Below are positions 1 through 12,493 of a DNA stretch of 64,000 bases, in pieces. The stretch is taken from the NCBI RefSeq assembly GCF_006345805.1, contig NC_043026.1:9548001-9612000 (forward strand). The letters run 5' to 3'. Every line of letters starts with the position of its first letter. Within the stretch, counting starts at the first letter, position 1. The notes under the pieces were generated by a model. That model was not told the origin of the DNA and did no database searches. It saw nothing but the letters and a program-made list of their open reading frames with translations. The position numbers and the translations under genes are program-made. The DNA comes from Octopus sinensis. Its lineage: Eukaryota.

Positions 1-39
1 TGTGTGTGTGTGTGTGTGTGTGTTGTGTGTACGCATAGG

Positions 40-73
<34 letters not shown>

Positions 74-419
74 CATGGGCATGTGTGTGTGTGTGTGGTG
101 TGTGTGTGTGTACGCATAGGCATGTGTGTGTGTGTGTGTGTCTTAATAAATTAAAGCCTCAACATTTTCCTATGTACATAAATCAAATTGTCAGAATGTA
201 TTCCTCTTCCAGCACCGATCAGGCCTGCAAATCTTTCTGGGTACCGACGACTGGCAAGCTTTCACACATAAATCAACTGTCAGAAATCAAGACAGAACAA
301 ACAAAAAAGGATGGTACAGTCACGGATGAAACATCTTTGATCATGTGTCCTCTAGGAGAAAGCTGACCCAGGGCTAAACATCGACAACAGCAAGATACAG
401 TATATTGATTTTTGTAGTC

Positions 420-2700
420 CTAGATACACTTTGAATCGAAGTTGGGATGGGCATGGATGGAACATTCGATCATGAGATCTGGAACTGACCTAGACCAACA
501 ACAGCAAAGAATACATTGAATTTTGTACTCCAAGATAGACTTTGAATGTAAGTTGGGATGGGCATGGATGAGAACATTTGATCATGAGATCTGGAACAGG
601 ACCTAGACCAACAGCGGCAAAGGGTACATTGAATTTTGTAACTCCTGATACACTTGATGTAAGTTGGGATGGGCATGGATGGAACATTCGATCATGAGAT
701 CTGGAACTGACCTAGACCAACAACAGCAAAGAATACATTGAATTTTGTACTCCAAGATAGACTTTGAATGTAAGTTGGGATGGGCATGGATGGAACATTC
801 GATCATGAGATCTGGAACTGACCTAGACCAACAACAGCAAAGAATACATTGAATTTTGTACTCCAAGATAGACTTTGAATGTAAGTTGGGATGGGCATGG
901 ATGGAACATTTGATCATGAGATCTGGAACTGACCTACACCAACAGCTGCAAAGGGTACATTGAATTTTGTACTCCTAGATACACTTTGAATGTAAGTTGG
1001 GATGGGCATGGATGGAACATTTGATCATGAGATCTGGAACTGACCTACACCAACAGCTGCAAAGGGTACATTGAATTTTGTACTCCTAGATACACTTTGA
1101 ATGTAAGTTGGGATGGGCATGGATGGAACATTTGATCATGAGATCTGGAACAGACCTAGACCAACAGCGGCAAAGGGTACATTGATTTTTGTACTCCTAG
1201 ATACACTTTGAATGTAAGTTGGGATGGGCATGGATGGAACATTTGATCATGAGATCTGGAACTGACCTAGACCAACAGCTGCAAAGGGTACATTGAATTT
1301 TGTACTCCTAGATACACTTTGAATGTAAGTTGGGATGGGCATGGATGGAACATTTGATCATGAGATCTGGAACTGACCTAGACCAACAGCGGCAAAGGGT
1401 ACATTGAATTTTGTACTCCTAGATACACTTTGAATGTAAGTTGGGATGGGCATGGATGGAACATTTGATCATGAGATCTGGAACTGACCTAGACCAACAG
1501 CTGCAAAGGGTACATTGAATTTTGTACTCCTAGATACACTTTGAATGTAAGTTGGGATGGGCATGGATGGAACATTTGATCATGAGATCTGGAACTGACC
1601 TAGACCAACAGCTGCAAAGGGTACATTGAATTTTGTACTCCTAGATACACTTTGAATGTAAGTTGGGATGGGCATGGATGGAACATTTGATCATGAGATC
1701 TGGAACTGACCTAGACCAACAGCTGCAAAGGGTACATTGAATTTTGTACTCCTAGATACACTTTGAATGTAAGTTGGGATGGGCATGGATGGAACATTTG
1801 ATCATGAGATCTGGAACTGACCTAGACCAACAGCTGCAAAGGGTACATTGAATTTTGTACTCCTAGATACACTTTGAATGTAAGTTGGGATGGGCATGGA
1901 TGGAACATTTGATCATGAGATCTGGAACTGACCTAGACCAACAGCGGCAAAGGGTACATTGAATTTTGTACTCCTAGATACACTTTGAATGTAAGTTGGG
2001 ATGGGCATGGATGGAACATTTGATCATGAGATCTGGAACTGACCTAGACCAACAGCTGCAAAGGGTACATTGAATTTTGTAGCTCCTAGATACACTTTGA
2101 ATGTAAGTTGGGATGGCATGGATGGAACATTTGATCATGAGATCTGGAACTGACCTAGACCAACAGCGGCAAAGGGTACATTGAATTTGTACTCCTAGAT
2201 ACACTTTGAATGTAAGTTGGGATGGGCATGGATGGAACATTTGATCATGAGATCTGGAACTGACCTAGACCACAGCTGCATAGGGTACATTGAATTTTGT
2301 ACTCCTAGATACACTTTGAATGTAAGTTGGGATGGCATGGATGGAACATTTGATCATGAGATCTGGAACGACCTAGACCAACAGCTGCAAAGGGTACATT
2401 GAATTTTGTACTCCTAGATACACTTTGAATGTAAGTTGGATGGCATGGATGGAACATTTGATCATGAGATCTGGAACTGACCTAGACCAACAGCGGCAAA
2501 GGGTGCATTGAATTTTGTACTCCTAGATACACTTTGAATGTAAGTTGGGATGGGCATAGATGGAACATTTGATCATGAGATCTGGAACTGACCTAGACCA
2601 ACAGTGGCAAAGGGTACATTGAATTTTGTACTCCCAGATATACCATGCCTGAATAAAAGTTGGGAAGGGCATGGCTGGAACAGTTATGATCGACAACAAC
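420..2700. repeat. 111-bp tandem satellite, about 21 copies, with diverged monomers to about 300 and about 3000
   Basis: gatacactttgaa recurs at 978, 1089, 1200 and onward. Lies in IFT172 intron 9. Confidence 0.95.
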
Positions 2701-3003
2701 AGCAACAAAGGGTACGTTTAATTTTGTACTTTTAGATATACCATGCCTAAATGGAAGTTGGGAAGGGCATGGCTGGAACACTTATGACCAAGGGCTAAAC
2801 AGCAATGGCATGAAAGTGTACATTGATTTTTGTACTCTTAGAGATACTTTGTATGAATAAATGTTGGGATGGGCATAAGTGGAATGGTTTTGACCATGTG
2901 ATCTGATCGATCTGATTTGACCCAGGGCTAAATAACAACAATGCTAAGAAATGGTACATTGGTTTTTGTAGTCCAAGATACACTATATCGGAATATAATA
3001 CAG

Positions 3004-3395
3004 GATGGCACATAAAAAGCAACATCCGAACGTGGCCGATGCCAGCGCCGCCCCGACTGGCCCCTGTGCCAGTGGCACATAAAAAAAAAAAAAGACCATC
3101 TGAACGTTGCCAGCTCCGCCTTGGGCTGGCTCCCGTGCCGCTGGCACGTTAAAAGCTCCAACCGATCGTGACCGATGCCGGACCCCACCTGGCACCTGTG
3201 CAGGTGGCACGTAAAAAGCACCCACTACACTCACCGAGTGGTTGGCGTTAGGAAGGGCATCCAGCTGTAGAAACACTGCCAGATCAGACTGGAGCCTGGA
3301 GCAGCCCTTGGCTTCCCAGACCCCGGTCGAACCGTCCAACCCGTGCTAGCGCGGAAAACGGACGTTAAACGATTATGATGATGATGATGATGATG
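3004..3395 (+). mobile_element. SINE-like element with internal subrepeats and (GAT)n tail
   Basis: gtggcacgtaaaaagcacc subrepeats, ending ggaagggcatccagctgtagaaac...ggacgttaaacgat(gat)n. Other copies at 21400-21857 (+) and about 54010-54110 (-). Confidence 0.7.
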
Positions 3396-3809
3396 GAACA
3401 TTTATGATCGTAGATGTACTGGATCATGACGTAAAAAGCACCATCCGAACGTGGCTGATGCCAGCGCCGCCTTGACTGTAGTTCCAGATACAGTACTTCA
3501 GATTTTAAAGAAAAAGCAAAAACAGGATGGTCACAGTTGGAGCGCCTTTGATCCTATGCCTATTATCATCACCAAGAATTTGAACCTGGAGATCTCCATT
3601 TCCGGCGACTTTGAGGGCCACCTCCCACTGGTGTCGGGCGTCAACGAAGACCCCTCGACTACAACAAGGCGACTAAAGTTTTTGGGGTTTTTTTCCAAGG
3701 TCTGGGGTCTCCTGCCCCTAAGCCCTAGACCATCCCCTAATCACCCTTATCCGTCTATTTGCTTAACAACAACAACAACAACAGCAGCAGTAGCAAAACC
3801 ATTGTCGAC

Positions 3810-4086
3810 ATCATAATTGTTGCCATCACCATCATCTTCATCATCATCATCATCATTTTTATCATCATCATCTTCATCATCAACATCATCTTCATCATCA
3901 TCTTCATCATCATCTTCATCATCATCTTCATCATCACTGTCATCATCAGTCATCACCATCATCATCATCATCATCATCATCACTGTCATCACCATCATCT
4001 TCATCACCATCACCATCACCATCCCCATCATCATCATCACCATCATCATCATCACCATCATCATCACTATCATCATCATCATCACT

Positions 4087-4123
<37 letters not shown>

Positions 4124-4667
4124 CCATCATCATCAGCCGTTCAAGAATTTGGACCTGGAGATCTCCATTTCCAGCGACTTCGGGCGTCAACGAAGAACCC
4201 TCGACTACAACAAGACGACCAAAGTTTTTGGGGTTTTTTCCCAAGGTCTGGGGTCTCCCGCCCCTAAGCCCTAGACCATCCCCCTAATCCCCCTTACCCG
4301 TCTATTTGCTTAACAACAACAACAACAACAGTGGCAGTAGCAAACTTACCTGATTAAGGCCAACATGAACAATCTCGAATTTCTTCTTGTAGTTGATCTT
4401 CTTCAGGGTACTGTTGAACACCTCCACACTGCCGCATAGGGTACCCTGTAGGGGAGGAGAGACAGGGGTGGGTAAAACTAGAAATAACAGAGAGAGAGAG
4501 AGAGAAAAGGGCACACAGCGGCTGGGAATATCACTGAAGGGGATAATAGGAACGGGAGAGGTGTTGATGGTAGTGGTGGTGGTGGTGGTGTGGTGATTAC
4601 AGCAGTGATGATAATGACGATGATGATGATGGTGATGGTGATGGTGGTGATGGTAGTGGTGGTGACA

Positions 4668-4699
<32 letters not shown>

Positions 4700-6075
4700 A
4701 TGGTGATGGTGGTGGTGGTGGTGACAGATGATGATGGTGATGATGATGATGGTGACAGTGGTGGTGATGACAGATAATAAATGATGATGATGACGATGAT
4801 GATGGTGATGGTGGTGGTGATAGTGGTGGTGGTGGTGACAGATGATGATGACGATGATGACGATGATGGTGGTGATGGTGACAGTGGTGGCGATGACAGA
4901 TAATAAATGATGATGATGACGATGGTAGTGGTGGTGGTGGTGGTGATGGTGATGATGATGGTGATGGTGGTGGTGGTGGTGGTGGTGGTGGTGGTGGTGG
5001 TGGTAGTGGTGGTGGTGGTGATGATGGTTGTGGTGGTGGTGGTGGTGATGATGGTGGTGGTGGTGATGGTGGTGATGATGGTAGTGGTGGTGGTGGTGGT
5101 GATGGTGGTGGTGGTGGTGGTGATGGTGATGATGATGATGATGGTAGTGGTGGTGGTGGTGGTGATGATGGTTGTGGTGGTGATGGTGGTGATGATGGTA
5201 GTGGTGGTGGTGGTGATGATGATGGTGGTGGTGATGATGTGTGTGGTGATGGTGGTGGTGGTGGTGATGGTGGTGGTGGTGGTGGTGATGGTGATGATGA
5301 TGATGATGGTAGTGGTGGTGGTGGTGGTGATGATGGTTGTGGTGGTGATGGTGGTGATGATGGTAGGTGGTGGTGGTGGTGGTGATGATGGTTGTGGTGG
5401 TGATGGTGGTGATGATGGTTGTGGTGGTGATGGTGGTGATGATGATGGTGGTGGTGGTGATGGTGGTGATGATGGTAGTGGTGGTGATGGTGGTGATGAT
5501 GGTTGTGGTGGTGATGATGGTGATGATGATGGTGGTGGTGGTGGTGGTGATGATGGTTGTGGTGGTGATGGTGGTGATGATGGTAGTGGTGGTGGTGGTG
5601 GTGATGATGGTTGTGGTGGTGATGGTGGTGATGATGATGATGGTGGCGGTGGTGGTGGTAACAGATGATAACGATGATGATGATGATGATAATGTTGACA
5701 ATGATGATGATGATGATAGTGGTGGTGATGATGATGATGATGGTGGTGATGATGGTGGTGGTAGTGGTAACAGATGATAACAATGATGATGGTGGTGATG
5801 ATGGTGGTGGTAGTGGTAACAGATGATAACAATGATGATGATGGTGATGATGACAATGAAGATGGTGATGATAACACTGACGACGAAGATGATGATGATG
5901 ACACTGATGATGAGGGTGGTGATGGTGGCGACAACAGATGATGACGATGATGGCAAGGATGACCATGACGACGACAATGATGATGACAACGAACATGGTG
6001 ATGATGATGACGATGATGATGGTAGTGGTGGTGATGACAGATGATGACAATGATGGTGATGACAGAGATGACGAG
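3810..6075. repeat. (CAT)n and (GGT/GAT)n trinucleotide low-complexity tracts flanking IFT172 exon 9
   Basis: Directly visible at 3810-4135 and 4570-6075; the source of the poly-H/S/T/V ORFs. Confidence 0.95.
4350..4445 (-). CDS. IFT172: IFT172 exon 9 (GTLCGSVEVFNSTLKKINYKKKFEIVHVGLNQ); gene continues beyond position 1
   Basis: cccctacag| ... |gtaagt, 96 nt. Matches [32 protein letters not shown]. No exon 10 was found in 1-4349. Confidence 0.94.
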
Positions 6076-6130
6076 GAAGAGGTGGAGAAGAAGTTAAGAA
6101 AAATAAAAAAGGGAGCACATGTTAAGTTAC

Positions 6131-6254
6131 CATGAGGACGCGGGAGCCATCCGGCTTCCAGCAGAGGGCCGTGATTGTGTACAGGTTTGGAATGATTTTG
6201 TTGATGGGGTCCTCCCACAGCCCTTTCCGAGGGTTCCAGTTCAGGATCTTCAGC
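6131..6254 (-). CDS. IFT172: IFT172 exon 8 (G+LKILNWNPRKGLWEDPINKIIPNLYTITALCWKPDGSRVLM)
   Basis: gttttccag| ... |gtaact, 124 nt, phase 2 to 0. Matches NLYTITALAWKRDGSR. Confidence 0.95.
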
Positions 6255-7096
6255 CTGGAAAACAAAAACCATAGAACAACAAATAAACAAATACATTAGT
6301 GGTTTGGATTTTGACTACTCCTTCTAGCATGATACGTGTCCTATTAGGGTCACCTCTTATGTGTTTAAATGTACACTGTATTTACATGAATAATATATAG
6401 TCTATTTATTAGTTTTCTACATGCTAGGTCACTGGTAGTAAATATTTCTAAAATTTTTCTTACCCTGATATTTATCATATATACAGGGTGGACCAAAAGG
6501 ATCTGACACATTTGGGGGCTTAAAAGCCCAAAATAAGAAATAATGAAAAGAAAAATTTGTACATACCAATACATCAAATGCCTCAAAGGGGTCACTAGAC
6601 CTTATTTTTAATGTTGTCTCACTATTACACACTTGCTTTTGAACAGATATACAGATGGACAGACAAACGGACAGACATGCAGGCAGATGGACAAACAGAC
6701 AGATCGAAGAAGGGCACCTACCTTCTCTTCCTCGTGACGGAGACCCTCCAGTGGTAACTAGTCCTTCGACACAGCCCCGACCCGAACACTAACGATAGCA
6801 GTTGCTAGCCCAAGCCCTTAGCGACGTTCGCATACGTCTTGTCACCTGCATGACCTACGTTGGAAAAGGCCCAATTGACCGCTGCCTGCGCACGCCTCAC
6901 AGCTGCCCCCATCCGGTTGCCCCAGCTTCCGGTCAACGCACCCAGCTGCTGACGTCATCCCACAGTTTCACTATTACACACTTGCTTTTGAACGGACATA
7001 CAGATGGACGGACAAATGGACAGACATGCAGGCAGATGGACAAACAGACAGATCGAGGCACCAAAACCCCACCAAAGAAATATCTTTTGAGCTTAC

Positions 7097-7311
7097 CTGT
7101 TGAAACTTCCAAAAATAACTGAAAAGCCGCTAGGACTGCAAACAGCACAGGTGAACTCATTTTCGTCCTCTTCGCGGCTGAAGTCAAACTGCTGTGAGCA
7201 GTGACCATCCCTGTCATAAGCGACGATTTTCTTATCACAGCCCCCGACTATGATTCCATGGCTGGTGTAGGCCAGCGCGTACGGGGCTGAAGAATGATGA
7301 CACAGCAAACC
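7097..7311 (-). CDS. IFT172: IFT172 exon 7 (GLLCHHSSAPYALAYTSHGIIVGGCDKKIVAYDRDGHCSQQFDFSREEDENEFTCAVCSPSGFSVIFGSFN+AG)
   Basis: tttgcag| ... |gtaagc, 215 nt. Matches PYALAW...GCDRKIVAY...FDYSRD...EFT...SPGGQSVVLGSYDR. Confidence 0.96.
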
Positions 7312-7559
7312 CTGCAAATAATTAATAATACACATATATTTTTTGGGTACCTATAGCAAGACATCAGTTTCTGCCTCTCTGTTTCTCCTGTGTCCTTATA
7401 TTTGCGAAGGGGAGATATCATATTTTGTGAAATTTGATTTAGTATTTCTAAATTGAATTTTTCCCTGTAAGTTTGGAATAATATTCCCTCATATTATATA
7501 TATATATATATATATATACATTAAATCTCTGAACGAGATATAAACAGTAACCGCTCGAC

Positions 7560-7954
7560 AACGTAAGGTGTACTAGCCATCTGAATGTGGCTAGCCACTG
7601 GGGGTGGGGTGTTACTGATGCTTTTAGCCCCAGGCGATCAACGTCACCAGATGGACTTTAGACACAATCTCAGTGCCCTTGTGTTATTTGCGAAGGGAGG
7701 TCATCCTCCCTCGAAAACCTAAGTACTACATACAGACTATAGTTTCAAGACGAGAGGCAATTACCTTGAAACTATAGTCCGTATGTAGTACTTAGGTTTT
7801 CGAGGGAGGATGACCTCCCTTTGCAAATAACACAAGGGCACTGAGATTGTGTCTAAAGTCCATCTGGTGACGTTGATCGCCTGGGGCTAAAAGCATCAGT
7901 AACACCCCACCCCCAGTGGCTAGCCACATTCAGATGGCTAGTACACCTTACGTT
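7560..7954. mobile_element. foldback element, 190-bp near-perfect inverted arms with a 15-nt spacer
   Basis: 7560-7749 is the reverse complement of 7765-7954, with 2 mismatches noticed. Confidence 0.9.
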
Positions 7955-8127
7955 ATATATATATTATTTTCTTTATTAGGGAATAAAAACTCCGGTGTCA
8001 CAGGGATTCAAATAAAATGAATTATTCTCTATAAGGAAATATATGTTATTTAGAGATAGACGTCCCCCTGCAATTCATCAAATCCTAATCTACATCACAC
8101 CAGATATTAAGAGAGGGGTTTACTTAC

Positions 8128-8215
8128 CCGTGTCTCGCCAGAACCATCATCCTCAAATGTGTAGCGCACTATGGAACAATCAGCATGGCCAGATATGAAT
8201 GCTTTCCCAGACGGA
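8128..8215 (-). CDS. IFT172: IFT172 exon 6 (T+PSGKAFISGHADCSIVRYTFEDDGSGETR)
   Basis: ctctcgcatgaag| ... |gtaagt, 88 nt, phase 2 to 0. Matches [28 protein letters not shown]. Confidence 0.93.
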
Positions 8216-8394
8216 CTTCATGCGAGAGGAATAAAAAACAACAACAACAATAATAACGATGACGATGATGATGATGATAATAATAATAATAATGGGATAC
8301 AGGAAGTATTCTGCTCAATACTACAGTATTGTCAGTTGTTTGACCACAACCAGTTGAGCATGTCCCTTAGTGGCTGACGATATGTGCATCTCTG

Positions 8395-11375
8395 ATCATG
8401 AGCAGAAGTTGAGGAGTATCATAGCCATGGGTTGAAAGGAAATCTTTGGGATTTAATCATGAGCAGAAGTAGTGGGGGAGCATCATAGCCATGGGTTGAA
8501 AGGAAATCTTTGGGATTTAATCATGAGCAGAATTAGTGGGGGAGCATCATAGCCATGGGTTGAAAGGAAATCTTTGGGATTTAATCATGAGCAAAAGTAG
8601 TGGGGGAGCATCATAGCCATGGGTTAAAGGAAATCTTTGGGATTTAATCATGAGCAGAAGTAGTGGGGGAGCATCATAGCCATGGTTGAAAGGAAATCTT
8701 TGGGATTTAATCATGAGCAGAAGTATTGGGGAGCATCATAGCCATGGGTTGAAAGGAAATCTTTGGGATTTAATCATGAGCAGATTAGTGGGGGCATCAT
8801 AGCCATGGGTTGAAAGGAAATCTTTGGGATTTAATCATGAGCAAAAGTAGTGGGGGAGCATCATAGCCATGGGTTGAAAGGAAATCTTTGGGATTTAATC
8901 ATGAGCAGAATTAGTGGGGGAGCATCATAGCCATGGGTTGAAAGGAAATCTTTGGGATTTAATCATGAGCAAAAGTAGTGGGGGAGCATCATAGCCATGG
9001 GTTGAAAGGAAATCTTTGGGATTTAATCATGAGCAGAATTAGTGGGGGAGCATCATAGCCATGGGTTGAAAGGAAATCTTTGGGATTTAATCATGAGCAA
9101 AAGTAGTGGGGGAGCATCATAGCCATGGGTTGAAAGGAAATCTTTGGGATTTAATCATGAGCAAAAGTAGTGGGGGAGCATCATAGCCATGGGTTGAAAG
9201 GAAATCTTTGGGATTTAATCATGAGCAGAAGTAGTGGGGGAGCATCATAGCCATGGGTTGAAAGGAAATCTTTGGGATTTAATCATGAGCAGAAGTAGTG
9301 GGGGAGCATCATAGCCATGGGTTGAAAGGAAATCTTTGGGATTTAATCATGAGCAAAAGTAGTGGGGGAGCATCATAGCCATGGGTTGAAAGGAAATCTT
9401 TGGGATTTAATCATGAGCAGAATTAGTGGGGGAGCATCATAGCCATGGGTTGAAAGAGAAATCTTTGGGATTTTAATCATGAGCAAAGTAGTGTGGGGAG
9501 CATCATAGCCTGGGTTGAAAGGAAATCTTTGGGATTTAATCATGAGCAAAGTAGTGGGGGAGCATCATAGCCATGGGTTGAAAGGAAATCTTTGGGATTT
9601 AATCATGAGCAGAATTAGTGGGGGAGCATACATAGCCATGGGTTGAAAGGAAATCTTTGGATTTAATCAATGGCAGAAGTGTGGGGGGGGAGCATCATAG
9701 CCATGGGTGAAAGGAAATCTTTGGGATTTAATCATGAGCAGAAGTAGTGGGGGAGCATCATAGCCATGGGATGAAAGGAAATCTGGGATTTTAATCATGA
9801 GCAGAAGTAGTGGGGGAGCATCATAGCCATGGGTTGAAAGGAAATCTTTGGGATTTAATCATGAGCAGAATTAGGGGGGGGGAGCATCATAGCCATGGGT
9901 TGAAAGGAAATCTTGGGATTTAATAATGAGCAGAAGTAGTGGGGGAGCATCATAGCCATGGGTTGAAAGGAAATCTTTGGGATTTAATCATGAGCAGAAG
10001 TAGTGGGGAGCACATAGCCATGGGTTGAAAGGAAATCTTTGGGATTTAATCATGAGCAGAAGTAGTAGGGGAGCATATAGCCATGGGTTGAAAGGAAATC
10101 TTTGGGATTAATCATGAGCAGAATTAGTGGGGGAGCATCATAGCCATGGGTTGAAAGGAAATCTTTGGGATTTAATCATGAGCAGAAGTAGGGGGGAGCA
10201 TATAGCCATGGGTTGAAAGGAAATCTTTGGGATTTAATCATGAGCAGAAGTTAGTGTGGGGAGCATCATAGCCATGGGTTGAAAGGAAATCTTTGGGATT
10301 TAATCATGAGCAGAAGTAGTGGGGTGAGTATCATAGCCATGGGTTGAAAGGAAATCTTTGGGATTTAATCATGAGCAAATTAGTGGGGGAGCATCATAGC
10401 CATGGGTTGAAAGGAAATCTTTGGGAGGATTAATCATGAGCAGAAGTGTGCGGGGGAGAGCATCATAGCCATGGGTTGAAAGGAAATCTTTGGGATTTAA
10501 TCATGAGCAGAAGTAGTGTGGGGAGCATCATAGCCATGGGTTGAAAGGAATCTTTGGATTTAATCATGGCAGAAGAGTAGTGGGGGAGCATCATAGCCAT
10601 GGGTTGAAAGGAAATCTTTGGGATTTAATCATAGAGCAGAAGTAGTGGGGGAGCATCATTAGCCATGGTTGAAAGGAAATCTTTGGGATTTAATCATGAG
10701 CAGAATTAGGTGGGAGCATCATAGCCATGGGTTGAAAGGAATCTTTGGGATTTAATCATGAGCAGAATTAGTGGGGGAGCAGCATCATAGCCATGGGTTG
10801 AAAGAAATCTTTGGGATTAATCATGAGCAGAATTAGTGGGGGAGCATCATAGCATGGGTTGAATGAAAGAAATCTTTGGGATTTAATCATGAGCAGAATT
10901 AGTGGTGGGGAGCATCATAGCCATGGGTTGAAAGAAATCTTTGGATTTAATCATGAGCAGAGATTAGTGGGGGAGCATCATAGCCATGGGTGAAGGAAAT
11001 CTTTGGGATTTAATCATGAGCAGAATTAGTGGGGGAGCATCATAGCCATGGGTTTGAAGAAATCTTTGGGATTTAATCATGAGCAGAAGTAGTGGGGGAG
11101 ATATCATAGCCATGGTTGAAAGGAAATCTTTGGAGATTTAATCATGAGCAGAATTAGTCGGGGGAGCATCATAGCCATGGGTTGAAAGGAAATCTTTGGG
11201 ATTTAATCATGAGCAGAAGTAGTGGGGGAGCATCCTAGCCATGGGTTGAAAGGAAATCTTTGGGATTTAATCATGAGCAGAAGTAGTGGGGGGTATCATA
11301 GCCATGGTGTTGAAGGAAATCTTTGGATTTAATCATGAGCAGAATTAGTGGGGGAGCATCATAGCCATGTGTTGA
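8395..11375. repeat. 64-bp tandem satellite, about 46 copies
   Basis: tttaatcatgagcagaagtagtgggggagcatcatagccatgggttgaaaggaaatctttggga at 8452, 8516 and onward. Lies in IFT172 intron 5. Confidence 0.96.
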
Positions 11376-11545
11376 GAGGAATTCTTTAAGATTTGAATAA
11401 TTCACCTCTGGAAACACGGGTGTTTCATTCAACATCCTTAAACAACCCTTATTCAGGGACCTTTTGAGCGGGATGGGCTACTCGACCAGAAGAAAATTCT
11501 AACTGGGCCCCACCTGCAAGGTCATGTGCTGTTTATCTTGATAGG

Positions 11546-11775
11546 GCGGCGAGCTGGCAGAAATGTTAGCACGCCAGGCGAAACGCGTAGCCGTATTTCG
11601 TCTGCCGTTATGTTCTGAGTTCAAATCCCGCCGAGGTTGACTTTGCCTTTCATCCTTTCGAGGTCGATAAATTAAGTACCAGTTACACACTGGGGTCGAT
11701 GTAATCGACTTAATCCCTTTGTCTGTCCTTGTTTGTCCCCTCTGTGTTTAGCCCCTTGTGGGTAGTACAGAAATA
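11546..11775 (+). mobile_element. tRNA-derived SINE (family B) with 12-bp TSD
   Basis: Head gcggcgagctggcagaa...gagttcaaatccc. TSD tatcttgatagg at 11534-11545 and 11776-11787. Confidence 0.85.
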
Positions 11776-11942
11776 TATCTTGATAGGAGATCACCATGTC
11801 ATGCACAAATGGTTGTGATGCATGTGCCTTGTGTACCCTTATCAGACGGGTAGTCACGATGGGTATACTGGGCTTCGTATATTTTACCCCAGTGTCACTT
11901 TGATGGCATGCGCTGCTCTCTCACTCAATAATAATAATATGA

Positions 11943-12335
11943 AGTGGCTGTGTGGTAAGTAGCTTGCTTACCAACCACATGGTTCTGGGTTCAGTCCCAC
12001 AGCGTGGCATCTTGGGCAAGTGTCTTCTGCTATAGCCTCAGGCTGACCAAAGCCTTGTGGGTGGATTTGGTAGACGGAAACTGAAAGAAGCCTGTCGTAT
12101 ATATGGAAATATATATATATGTGTGTATGTGTGTGCGTTTGTGTGTGTGTGTTTGTCCCCCTAGCAATGCTTGACAACCGATGCTGGTGTGTTTACGTCC
12201 CCGTCACTTAGCAGTTCGGCAAAAGAGACCGATAGAATAAGTACTGGGCTTACAAAGAATAAGTCCCGGGGTCGATTTGCTCGACTAAAGGCGGTGCTCC
12301 AGCATGGCCGCAGTCAAATGACTGAAACAAATAAA
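11943..12335 (+). mobile_element. tRNA-derived SINE (family A)
   Basis: gtggctgtgtggtaagtagcttgc...gggttcagtccc head, ccttgggcaagtgtctt core, internal (TA/TG)n, aaaagagt tail. Other copies: 18655-18985, 19825-20375 (triple), 22080-22490(-), 22805-23195, 25430-25825(-), 27540-27815(-), 29940-30310, 32510-32905(-), 33320-33520(-). Confidence 0.85.
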
Positions 12336-12493
12336 AGAGTAATGACAATAATGAGAAAATATGTGTGGGGAGATGTTGGTAGAGTGTATAGTGTGTGGAA
12401 TTTGAGACAAAATAAAGGGACACATTGTTACAAAGTGTCCCAAGTTGGCCCAGAGAGAATATAAGAAATGGAGATATGAGCAAATGATTAAAT

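Noticed and set aside
470-2781. 37-aa repeat ORFs from the 111-bp satellite
   Set aside because: Most units contain an in-frame TAG, there are no splice signals or homology, and the array lies inside an IFT172 intron.
3451-3816. IITKNLNLEIS segment as IFT172 exon 10 (VIVKNLSS-like)
   Set aside because: Wrong strand, similarity limited to a few residues, and part of a local direct repeat.
3747-6135. Long ORFs (up to 664 aa) rich in H/S/P/T/V/M
   Set aside because: These are translations of trinucleotide tracts. Only the embedded exon 8 and exon 9 segments are real, and exon 8 is read in a different frame from the ORF track.
8374-8380. CTGACGA as a hammerhead core
   Set aside because: No downstream stem II plus GAAA and no stem I partner.
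9400-11300. Frequent 1-2-bp indels inside satellite arrays as biological variants
   Set aside because: The pattern (scattered, homopolymer-associated, concentrated in array interiors) fits uncorrected long-read error. Only recurrent substitutions were used for the variant and higher-order repeat claims.
8395-11375. Regular short repeats as a CRISPR array (also the 93- and 144-bp arrays)
   Set aside because: No unique spacers, no cas genes, and a spliced eukaryotic context.
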